Source: Candidatus Saccharimonadota bacterium
GTDB taxonomy: Bacteria; Pseudomonadota; Gammaproteobacteria; Enterobacterales; Enterobacteriaceae
Length of the DNA stretch: 32,000 nucleotides
Direction of reading: 5' to 3'
NCBI RefSeq assembly: GCF_004296535.1
Contig: NZ_AP018159.1
Location: forward strand, 1 to 32,000
The position numbers and the translations under genes were made by a program. Numbering within the stretch: the stretch's first letter is position 1; each line of letters begins with the position of its first letter. Below are positions 20,603-32,000 of this stretch, one piece after another. The notes beneath the pieces are model-generated. The model searched no databases, was not told where the DNA came from, and worked only from the letters and a program-made list of their open reading frames with translations.

Positions 20603-23206
20603 ATGATAAAAGCATATATTAAAAAAATATTATTAAATTTAGATGATTATTTTAAAAATAAAAATTTAAATAGATATTATGAAGTGATAAAAGATATAAA
20701 TAATTTTGAAAAAAAAATGAATAATTTTTCTAGTAAAGATTTTTTAGACAAAACTATAGAATTTAAAAAAAGATTAAAATTTAATAATGATATTAATAAA
20801 TTATTACCAGAAGCATTTGCTTTAGTAAAAGTAGCTTGTAATAAAATTTTTAATATAAATTTATTTGATACGCAATTAATAGGATCTATAATATTACATG
20901 AAGGAAAAATAGCAGAAATGATGACAGGTGAAGGAAAAACGATATCTATTATATTATCAGCATATTTAAATTCTTTAAATAGTAATGTTCATATAGTAAC
21001 AATGAATGATTATTTAGCTAAAAGAGATTCAGAAAATAATAAAGATGTTTTTAATTTATTAGGAATGACTGTTGGAATTAACATACCAGAAATGTCAATT
21101 TATAATAAAAAAAAATCATATAAATGTAATATAGTTTATGGTACTGGAAATGAATATGTTTTTGATTATTTAAAAGATAATATGATATTTGATATAAAAG
21201 ACAAAATACAATCTAAATTAGATTACGTAATTATAGATGAAATAGATTCAATATTAATAGATGAATCAAAAATACCTTTAATAATATCTGAAAACAATAA
21301 TGTTAATATTGATATATATATAAAAATAAATAATTTAGTAAAATTCTTTTTATATAAAAAAAATAATAAATATTTATATATAGATATAAATTATAAAAAT
21401 AAGACAATAATATTTAATGAATTAGGATATAGATTATTAGAAAAAATTATGATTAAATTATCTTTTATAAATAAAAGATATGAATTATATAAGGATAATA
21501 ATTCTACTATATTAAAATACATGATTAATGCTATAAAAGTTAATATTTTTTTTAAAAAAGATATAGATTATTTAGTAATTGATAAAAATATTTTAATTAT
21601 AGATGAAAATACAGGAAGAATATCTAATGATAGAAGATGGTCTAATGGAATACATCAAGCTATAGAAGCAAAAGAAAATGTTTTTATAAAAAATGAAAAT
21701 AAAATTTTATCTTCTATAACATTCAACAATTATTTTAATTTATATAAAAAAATATCTGGAATAACAGGAACTGCTAGTAATGAAAAAGATGAATTTAAAT
21801 ATATATATAATTTGAATATAGTTTCAATACCAACAAATAAACCTGTTATAAGAAAAGATTATAATGATTTATTGTTTTTTACTGAAGATTCAAAAATAGA
21901 ATACATTATAAAAGATATAAAAAAAAGATTAAAAAATTATCAACCAATATTAATAGGAACAACATCAATTAAAAAATCTGAATTATTATCATATTTTTTA
22001 AATAAAAATAATATTAAACATAAAATTTTAAACGCTAAATATCATAAATTAGAAGCTGAAATAATATCTCAAGCTGGTAAACCTAAATCAGTTACTATAT
22101 CAACTAATATGGCTGGAAGAGGCACTGATATAATATTAGGAGGAAATTATAAGTATATATTAAAAAAAAATAATTATGATATAGAAAAAAAATATAAATT
22201 AAAAAATAAATTTAAATTTTTAAATAGTAAAGTTATAAATTCTGGAGGATTGCATGTAATAGGTACAGAAAGAAATGAATCTAGAAGAATAGATAATCAA
22301 CTAATAGGAAGGTCTGGTAGACAAGGTGATCCTGGATCATCACAATTTTTAATTTCTATTGAAGATGATTTAATAAAAAGATTTATACCTGAAAATATAA
22401 TTGAAATAATAAAAAATTCTAGCAAAAATATAGATTATATTAGTAATTCTTGGATTGATAAAATGATAAAATCAGCTCAATCAAAAATAGAAAAAAATAA
22501 TTTTGAAATAAGAAAAGAATTGATATTATATGATAATATATTTAATATTCAAAGAACTACTTTATATAAAATTAGAAATAATTTATTAAATGATTATCAA
22601 TTAAATAAAATATTTAATTCAATAAATGATGAAATTGTATTAAATTATATAAAAAATAATATTACATCATCTTATTCATCATCACTAGATAATTATTATA
22701 ATTATAAAAAAATATTTAATTTAATAATATATGAATTAAAAGAAATATATCCATTTATTTTAGAAATAAAAAATATTTTCTTTTTAAAAAATATTAAAAA
22801 TTTAAAAGTAAATTTATTAAAATATATTACAAATTTTATTCATTATTATTATAATGAAAATTTTAATTTTAAAAAAATAAATTATATTAAAAAAATAATT
22901 TTATTAAAAGTTTTAGATTTTTTTTGGAAATATCATATAGAAGATATAGAATATTTAAAAAATAATATTTTTCTTAGAAGTTATATAAATAAAGATCCAA
23001 AAGAAGAATTTAAATTAGAATCTTTTAATAAATTTAATAATATAATAAATAACTGGAAAAAATATAGTCTGATTATAATAAATATAATTTTATATATATC
23101 TAAAAAAAATTTTTTAAAACAAAAAGAATTAATATTAAAGTTAAATAAATATGATTTTATTATAAACAATGATGAATTATTTAATTTATTAAATACTTTA
23201 AACTAA
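20603..23206 (+). CDS. secA: Preprotein translocase ATPase SecA
   Basis: 867 aa. Motifs: Walker A MMTGEGKTI, DEIDSILIDE (DEAD-like), TFNNYFNLYKKISGITGTA, TNMAGRGTDIILGG, GGLHVIGTERNESRRIDNQLIGRSGRQGDPGSSQF. The C-terminal third is strongly diverged and has no Cys/His zinc-finger tail. Confidence 0.96.
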   Translation: MIKAYIKKILLNLDDYFKNKNLNRYYEVIKDINNFEKKMNNFSSKDFLDKTIEFKKRLKFNNDINKLLPEAFALVKVACNKIFNINLFDTQLIGSIILHEGKIAEMMTGEGKTISIILSAYLNSLNSNVHIVTMNDYLAKRDSENNKDVFNLLGMTVGINIPEMSIYNKKKSYKCNIVYGTGNEYVFDYLKDNMIFDIKDKIQSKLDYVIIDEIDSILIDESKIPLIISENNNVNIDIYIKINNLVKFFLYKKNNKYLYIDINYKNKTIIFNELGYRLLEKIMIKLSFINKRYELYKDNNSTILKYMINAIKVNIFFKKDIDYLVIDKNILIIDENTGRISNDRRWSNGIHQAIEAKENVFIKNENKILSSITFNNYFNLYKKISGITGTASNEKDEFKYIYNLNIVSIPTNKPVIRKDYNDLLFFTEDSKIEYIIKDIKKRLKNYQPILIGTTSIKKSELLSYFLNKNNIKHKILNAKYHKLEAEIISQAGKPKSVTISTNMAGRGTDIILGGNYKYILKKNNYDIEKKYKLKNKFKFLNSKVINSGGLHVIGTERNESRRIDNQLIGRSGRQGDPGSSQFLISIEDDLIKRFIPENIIEIIKNSSKNIDYISNSWIDKMIKSAQSKIEKNNFEIRKELILYDNIFNIQRTTLYKIRNNLLNDYQLNKIFNSINDEIVLNYIKNNITSSYSSSLDNYYNYKKIFNLIIYELKEIYPFILEIKNIFFLKNIKNLKVNLLKYITNFIHYYYNENFNFKKINYIKKIILLKVLDFFWKYHIEDIEYLKNNIFLRSYINKDPKEEFKLESFNKFNNIINNWKKYSLIIINIILYISKKNFLKQKELILKLNKYDFIINNDELFNLLNTLN

Positions 23207-23920
23207 ATTTTTATTATTAATTTTTAATAAAATTTTATTTAAAAATATTGATTTTATTTTTTCTTTATCATATGCATTAGCTATTAATATTTTAATCTTT
23301 AATTCTGTATAATTTATATTTATTTCTTCTATTATTAAATCAAAACTTATTATTTTTTTTTTGTTTTTAAATTTATTTAATATTGATATAATATTTTTTT
23401 TATATTCTATAAAATTTTCATTTTTTGTATAAATTTTAATTTCTAATTGAGAAAATTTTAAAAAATTTATTATACTATTATTTAAAAATTTATTATTTGG
23501 TATGGTAATTATATTTTTATCTAAAGTAATTATATCTGTAGTAAAAATTTTTATATTTTTTACAAATCCTGACATCTTATCTATTTCTATATAATCATCT
23601 TTTTTAAATAATTCTAATAATATTATTAATATTCCTGATGCCAAATTTGATAATGTATTTTTTAAACCTAATCCTATAGTTATTATTAAAGTACTAGTCA
23701 TAGCTATTAATGATGATGATTTAAAACTTAAACTTTCTAAAGCTAAAGTTATTAATAATATATATAAAAAATATCTCATTAATAATATTAAAAAATTATT
23801 TACAGTTTTATCTTCTATTTTATTATCTAGCATTTTTTTTATTATTAGTAAAATGTATTGTAAAAATAATATAGAAATCATTATTATAAATATTTTAAAT
23901 ATATTTAAAAAAATTTTCAT
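23198..23920 (-). CDS. mscS: Small-conductance mechanosensitive channel (MscS family)
   Basis: 240 aa with N-terminal TM helices. The TM3 and beta-domain region IAMTSTLIITIGLGLKNTLSNLASGILIILLELFKKDDYIEID...GFVKNIKIFTTDIITLDKNIITIPNNKFLNNSIINF parallels E. coli MscS [43 protein letters not shown]...[36 protein letters not shown]. It is shorter than E. coli (286 aa) at the C-terminus. Confidence 0.8.
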   Translation of the reverse strand: MKIFLNIFKIFIIMISILFLQYILLIIKKMLDNKIEDKTVNNFLILLMRYFLYILLITLALESLSFKSSSLIAMTSTLIITIGLGLKNTLSNLASGILIILLELFKKDDYIEIDKMSGFVKNIKIFTTDIITLDKNIITIPNNKFLNNSIINFLKFSQLEIKIYTKNENFIEYKKNIISILNKFKNKKKIISFDLIIEEININYTELKIKILIANAYDKEKIKSIFLNKILLKINNKNLV

Positions 23921-24010
23921 TTTATAATTCTATATAAATTTATCTTTTTTTAAAAAAAAAATAATTAAATAATAATAAAAAAAATATTTTATTATTTAAT
24001 TATCTTTTTT

Positions 24011-24442
24011 TTATTCATTAATTAGTATTTTTTGGAACTTTTCAGAATCAGATATTTCTTGATATAAATTTATTGTTAATATACCATTTTTTAAAAAAAC
24101 TTCTTTTATTTTAAAATTATTTCCTATATTAAAATTTAATGAAAAATTTTTACTTATTATTCCTTTATAAATATAATTACTTTCTTTATTAGAATCAATA
24201 TTTTTTTTACCTTTTATATATAAAAGATTTGATTTTAATAAAACTTCTATATTTTCTTTAGAAAATCCAGGAACACTAATATTTATTTCATATTTTTCAT
24301 TATCTATTTTTCTAATATCATAATTTGGATAATTAACTACTGGAATTTTACCAGTTAATTTACTAAAAAAATCATCTATTTGATTAAATCTTTCAGAAAA
24401 TATATCATCTGTAAATTCAGGTATTATAGAATAGTTTTTCAT
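24011..24442 (-). CDS. ibpA: Small heat-shock protein (IbpA/IbpB family, alpha-crystallin domain)
   Basis: 143 aa. YPNYDIRKIDNEKYEINISVPGFSKENIEVLLKSNLLYIKGKK...YIYKGIISKNFSLNF...GILTINL parallels E. coli IbpA [43 protein letters not shown]...YLYQGIAERNFERKF...GLLYIDL. Confidence 0.9.
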   Translation of the reverse strand: MKNYSIIPEFTDDIFSERFNQIDDFFSKLTGKIPVVNYPNYDIRKIDNEKYEINISVPGFSKENIEVLLKSNLLYIKGKKNIDSNKESNYIYKGIISKNFSLNFNIGNNFKIKEVFLKNGILTINLYQEISDSEKFQKILINE

Positions 24443-24498
24443 AATATTTTTTAAATTAATTATTTTTTTTATAATAAATAAATTTTTTTTTATATTTT

Positions 24499-24512
24499 TA
24501 GTGTAAGTTTAA
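24499..24512. repeat. Left arm of a perfect 14-bp inverted repeat bracketing the 5S rRNA gene
   Basis: tagtgtaagtttaa (24499-24512) is the exact reverse complement of ttaaacttacacta (24634-24647). Confidence 0.9.
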
Positions 24513-24627
24513 AGTTTAATAACATTTTCCTACTCTTGCATATAAAATATACTACCATCGGCACTATAATGTTTCACTTCTGAGTTCGGAATGGTATCAG
24601 GTGTTTCCATTACGTTATTAATATTAA
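24513..24627 (-). rRNA. rrf: 5S ribosomal RNA
   Basis: The reverse complement contains ...ccgaactcagaagtgaaac...gccgatggtagt...gcaagagtagg..., collinear with E. coli 5S (CCGAACUCAGAAGUGAAAC...GCCGAUGGUAGU...GCGAGAGUAGG). Helix I is formed by uuaauaac/guuauuaa. The ends are approximate to within a few nt. Confidence 0.9.
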
Positions 24628-24633
24628 AAAAAA

Positions 24634-24647
24634 TTAAACTTACACTA
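24634..24647. repeat. Right arm of the 14-bp inverted repeat bracketing the 5S rRNA gene
   Basis: See the left arm. In the minus-strand transcript this arm lies just 5' of the 5S and the other arm lies just 3' of it. Confidence 0.9.
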
Positions 24648-24651
24648 TTTA

Positions 24652-24672
24652 TAATTTTACTATTTTTTTTAA
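24652..24672. repeat. Copy B of a 21-nt direct repeat flanking the 23S gene (23S-5S spacer)
   Basis: taattttactattttttttaa here against taattttactactttttttaa at 27645-27665, which is 20 of 21 identical. Confidence 0.8.
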
Positions 24673-24684
24673 AAAAAACAAAAT

Positions 24685-27636
<2,952 letters not shown>

Positions 27637-27644
27637 TTATCTTT

Positions 27645-27665
27645 TAATTTTACTACTTTTTTTAA
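27645..27665. repeat. Copy A of a 21-nt direct repeat flanking the 23S gene (tRNA-Glu-23S spacer)
   Basis: taattttactactttttttaa, lying 8 nt outside the 23S 5' end. Copy B lies 12 nt outside the 23S 3' end. Confidence 0.8.
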
Positions 27666-27689
27666 TTTTAATTATATTACTTTATACTA

Positions 27690-27761
27690 CATCCCTTAGG
27701 GGATTTGAACCCCTATTATTGCCTTGAAAGAGCAATGTCCTAACCATTAGACGAAAGGGAC
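27690..27761 (-). tRNA. tRNA-Glu (anticodon UUC) in the 16S-23S spacer
   Basis: The reverse complement GTCCCTTTCGTCTAATGGTTAGGACATTGCTCTTTCAAGGCAATAATAGGGGTTCAAATCCCCTAAGGGATG folds as a cloverleaf and is collinear with E. coli tRNA-Glu. The anticodon loop is CTTTCAA. No CCA is encoded. Confidence 0.93.
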
Positions 27762-27823
27762 AAAAAAAAATTTTCTTAAAATACACAAAATCATAACTTC
27801 TTTTTTATATAAAATATATATAA

Positions 27824-29401
<1,578 letters not shown>

Positions 29402-29514
29402 AACATAATATATTCTATTTAAATAAAAAATATATTTCTATATTTATATATTAAAATAAAAATATTAAGATATAATAAAAAAATTATTTAAAATTTTTTT
29501 ATTATATTATAAAT

Positions 29515-29542
29515 AGTATAGTACAATTTATATTTAATTCAA
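29515..29542 (-). promoter_or_regulatory. Candidate sigma70-type promoter for the rRNA operon (-35 TTGAAT, 16-nt spacer, -10 TATACT)
   Basis: The minus strand reads ttgaat-taaatataaattgtac-tatact, about 115 nt upstream of the 16S 5' end and 7 nt after the rho stop. Hexamers like these arise easily by chance in DNA this AT-rich, so this call is weak. Confidence 0.25.
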
Positions 29543-29548
29543 CAAAAA

Positions 29549-30811
29549 TTATGATTTTTTCATCATTTCAAAAAAATCATTATTAGTTTTTGTCATAGAT
29601 AATTTATTTATTAAAAATTCCATAGATTCTATTTCATTCATTGGATACATAACTTTTCTTAATATCCACATTTTTTGAAGATCATTATAATTTATTAATA
29701 ATTCCTCTTTTCTGGTACCAGATTTATTATAATCTATTGCAGGAAATATTCTTCTTTCAGATATTTTTCTTGATAAATGAAGTTCCATATTTCCAGTTCC
29801 TTTAAATTCTTCATATATTACTTCATCCATTTTAGATCCAGTATCTACTAATGCTGTAGCTATTATCGTTAAACTTCCTCCTTCTTTTGTATTTCTAGCT
29901 GAACCAAAAAATCTTTTTGGTCTATTTAAAGCATTTGAATCAATACCACCAGTTAATATTTTTCCTGATGATGGTAATATTATATTATACGCTCTTGTTA
30001 ATCTAGTTATAGAATCCAATAAAATAATAACATCTTTTTTATTTTCAACTAACCTTTTAGCTCTTTCTATAATTATTTCTGCAACTTGTACATGTTTATA
30101 CGCTGGTTCATCAAAAGTAGAATAAATAACATTTTTATATGATATTTTATTTTGCATCTCAGTAACTTCTTCAGGCCTTTCATCTATTAATAATATTATT
30201 AATATACAATCAGGATAATTTATAGATATACTTTTAGCAATACTTTGTAATAAAATAGTTTTACCAGCTTTAGGAGGAGCTACTATTAATCCTCTTTGAC
30301 CTCTTCCTATAGGAGAAGATATATCTAATATTCTTGTAGTTAAATCTTCTATTGAACCATCACCAATTTCCATTATTAATCTAGAATTAGCATGTAATGG
30401 AGTTAAATTTTCAAATAATATTTTATTTTTATAATTTTCAAGTTTATTAAAGTTTATTTCATCTATTTTTAATAACGCAAAATATTTTTCTCCTTCTTTA
30501 GGTGGTCTTATTTTACCAGAAATAGTATCTCCTATTCTTAAATTAAATTTTCTTATTTGACTTGGAGAAACATATATATCATCTGGACCTGCTAAATATG
30601 AATTATTTATAGATCTTAAAAAACCAAATCCATCTTGTAAAATATCTAAAACACCATCTCCAAATATGTCATCTCCTTTATTAGCATAATATTTTAATAT
30701 TTGGAAAATTATTTCTCTTTTATGCATTCTTGAAATATTTTCAATAGAAAATTTTTCTCCCAAATTTATTAATTCAGAAATATCTATATTTTTTAAATCC
30801 GTTAAATTCAT
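29549..30811 (-). CDS. rho: Transcription termination factor Rho
   Basis: 420 aa (E. coli 419 aa). [40 protein letters not shown] matches E. coli MNLTELKNTPVSELITLGENMGLENLARMRKQDIIFAILK. The RNA-binding motif DGFGFLR and the P-loop [12 protein letters not shown] are present. Confidence 0.98.
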   Translation of the reverse strand: MNLTDLKNIDISELINLGEKFSIENISRMHKREIIFQILKYYANKGDDIFGDGVLDILQDGFGFLRSINNSYLAGPDDIYVSPSQIRKFNLRIGDTISGKIRPPKEGEKYFALLKIDEINFNKLENYKNKILFENLTPLHANSRLIMEIGDGSIEDLTTRILDISSPIGRGQRGLIVAPPKAGKTILLQSIAKSISINYPDCILIILLIDERPEEVTEMQNKISYKNVIYSTFDEPAYKHVQVAEIIIERAKRLVENKKDVIILLDSITRLTRAYNIILPSSGKILTGGIDSNALNRPKRFFGSARNTKEGGSLTIIATALVDTGSKMDEVIYEEFKGTGNMELHLSRKISERRIFPAIDYNKSGTRKEELLINYNDLQKMWILRKVMYPMNEIESMEFLINKLSMTKTNNDFFEMMKKS

Positions 30812-30966
30812 AAAATTTATATTAATTTTAAAATTAAGAAAATATTTAAAATTTAAATTTATTTATTTAATAAAAAAAAATATTTTTTTATATTAAAAAA
30901 TAAAGAAAAAATTTTAAATAAATTAAATAGAATAAATAAATTAATTAGATAATATAAAATAAAAAA

Positions 30967-31037
30967 TAGGGATGAAGAGATTCGAACTCCTACATCCGGT
31001 TTTGGAGACCGGCAGTCTACCATTAAATTACATCCCT
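30967..31037 (-). tRNA. tRNA-Trp (anticodon CCA)
   Basis: The reverse complement AGGGATGTAATTTAATGGTAGACTGCCGGTCTCCAAAACCGGATGTAGGAGTTCGAATCTCTTCATCCCTA is collinear with E. coli tRNA-Trp. The anticodon loop is CTCCAAA. The D-stem has one mismatch. No CCA is encoded. Confidence 0.9.
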
Positions 31038-31061
31038 ATCTATAAAAATAGAATAACTTTT

Positions 31062-31135
31062 TGGAGTTAAGCGGAATCGAACCGCTAACCTTCTGCGTGC
31101 AAAACAGATGCTCTAACCATTTGAGCTATAACCCC
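31062..31135 (-). tRNA. tRNA-Ala (anticodon UGC)
   Basis: The reverse complement GGGGTTATAGCTCAAATGGTTAGAGCATCTGTTTTGCACGCAGAAGGTTAGCGGTTCGATTCCGCTTAACTCCA has the anticodon loop TTTGCAC. The G3:U70 identity pair is preserved. It is collinear with the E. coli alaT/U/V product. No CCA is encoded. Confidence 0.93.
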
Positions 31136-31146
31136 ACAAATTTATT

Positions 31147-31220
31147 TAGGCTTGAACGGATTTGAACCATTGACCTCACCCTTATCAGGGGTGTGCTCTT
31201 CCATACTGAGCTACAAGCCT
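31147..31220 (-). tRNA. tRNA-Ile (anticodon GAU)
   Basis: The reverse complement AGGCTTGTAGCTCAGTATGGAAGAGCACACCCCTGATAAGGGTGAGGTCAATGGTTCAAATCCGTTCAAGCCTA has the anticodon loop CTGATAA. It is nearly identical in layout to the E. coli ileT/U/V product. No CCA is encoded. Confidence 0.93.
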
Positions 31221-31273
31221 TCTAAAAATAAAAACATAAAAAAAAATAAAAAAATAAAATATTTTTTTATTTT

Positions 31274-32000
31274 TTACATCATGCCTCCCATATTATTAAT
31301 ACTATTAGTATTATTACCTATTTCTTGTGATTTATCATCTTTAACTATATCTGTTATCATGCATTCTGTTGTAATCATTAAACCAGCAACAGATGAAGCG
31401 TATTGTAAAGCTGATCTAGTCACTTTTGTAGGATCTAATATTCCCATAGAAATCATATCTCCATATTCTTCTGTAGAAGCATTATATCCTAAATTTCCTG
31501 ATCCTAATTTAATTTTATTAGCTATTACTGAAGGTTCTTCACCAGCATTAGATACTATTTGACGTAAAGGAGCTTCCATAGCTTTTATTGCAACTTTTAT
31601 ACCAACATTTTGATCTTCATTATCACCAATAATATTAGATATATTATTAGCCGCTCTTATTAAAGCAACACCTCCTCCAGCAACAACACCTTCCTCTACA
31701 GCCGCTTTTGTAGCATTTAAAGCATCTTCAACTCTAGATTTTTTTTCTTTCATTTCAACTTCTGTAGCAGCTCCAACTTTTATAACAGCAACACCTCCAG
31801 ATAATTTTGCTATACGTTCTTGTAATTTTTCTTTATCATAATCTGAAGTAGCTTCTTCTTTTTGTCTATTTATCTGTAATATTCTATTGTTTATTGATAA
31901 TTTACTTCCAATTCCATCTATTATAGTAGTTGTATCTTTATTAACAATTACTTTTTTAGATTGTCCCATATCATTTAATTTAACTTTTTCTAAATTTAAC
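31274..32000 (-). CDS. groEL: Chaperonin GroEL, C-terminal part (the gene continues beyond the window end)
   Basis: The translation ...[32 protein letters not shown]...[48 protein letters not shown]...[32 protein letters not shown]...NNMGGMM is collinear with residues from about 310 to the end of E. coli GroEL, including a shortened GGM tail. The reading frame stays open to position 32000, so the ATG at 31969 in the ORF track is internal. Confidence 0.97.
   Translation of the reverse strand, partial: LNLEKVKLNDMGQSKKVIVNKDTTTIIDGIGSKLSINNRILQINRQKEEATSDYDKEKLQERIAKLSGGVAVIKVGAATEVEMKEKKSRVEDALNATKAAVEEGVVAGGGVALIRAANNISNIIGDNEDQNVGIKVAIKAMEAPLRQIVSNAGEEPSVIANKIKLGSGNLGYNASTEEYGDMISMGILDPTKVTRSALQYASSVAGLMITTECMITDIVKDDKSQEIGNNTNSINNMGGMM

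Noticed and set aside
22981-23169. A 62-aa ORF antisense to the secA 3' region.
   Set aside because: Same reasoning: it is short, low-complexity and nested antisense.
24663-24678. A T8A8 palindrome in the 23S-5S spacer, considered as a hairpin or terminator.
   Set aside because: A loopless homopolymer palindrome would not form a stable hairpin. It overlaps the direct-repeat copy reported separately and is probably just adjacent homopolymers.
30812-30966. The 155-nt region upstream of rho, considered as a rhoL-like leader or attenuator.
   Set aside because: It contains no small ORF with a credible start and no structured (G/C-containing) element. The sequence is uniformly A/T, so nothing can be supported from sequence alone.
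30967-31037. The hypothesis that this tiny AT-rich genome reads UGA as Trp (genetic code 4).
   Set aside because: tRNA-Trp has anticodon CCA, not UCA. prfB is present with intact SPF and GGQ motifs. murD ends in TGA at the position expected from homologue length. All conserved proteins are full-length under the standard code with no in-frame TGA.
31152-31562. A 136-aa plus-strand ORF (MNGFEPLTSPLSGV...).
   Set aside because: It starts inside the tRNA-Ile gene and runs antisense to the highly conserved GroEL C-terminus. It is an artefact of the codon structure of the opposite strand.

Overview
This is an extremely AT-rich, almost gap-free stretch of core chromosome. Sampled coding lines look like roughly 10-15% G+C by eye; I did not compute it. 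The source is a strongly genome-reduced gammaproteobacterial (Enterobacterales-derived) obligate endosymbiont, presumably of an insect. Gene order is as follows. Plus strand: dnaN-gyrB. Minus strand: serS->aroA->rpsA->prfB->lysS. Plus strand: infA-tldD-rsmH-murE-murF-mraY-murD-murG-murC-secA. Then one long minus-strand array: groEL (partial, runs off the window)->tRNA-Ile->tRNA-Ala->tRNA-Trp->rho->16S->tRNA-Glu->23S->5S->ibpA->mscS. Every ORF of real length has an unmistakable E. coli orthologue. I see no mobile element, CRISPR array, defence or toxin locus, prophage remnant or orphan ORF. I therefore do not believe this window holds a novel accessory system. What is unusual is how the core has been eroded. 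(1) The dcw cluster is collinear with E. coli but cut down to a bare lipid II pathway, with every fts gene, ddlB, lpxC, mraZ and secM removed in place. (2) RF2 lacks domain 1 and its frameshift site, in a window where 20 of 21 stops are TAA. (3) The 16S anti-Shine-Dalgarno core is altered and genes lack SD sequences. (4) The tRNA-Ile/tRNA-Ala pair that normally sits in an rRNA spacer is stranded outside any rRNA operon. (5) Conserved-looking repeats bracket the 5S and 23S genes. (6) Slippage-prone repeats lie inside essential genes. Extreme AT bias together with retained aroA and Mur genes resembles what has been described for beetle tyrosine-provisioning symbionts such as Nardonella. I cannot identify the organism from the sequence alone; a 16S search would settle it.
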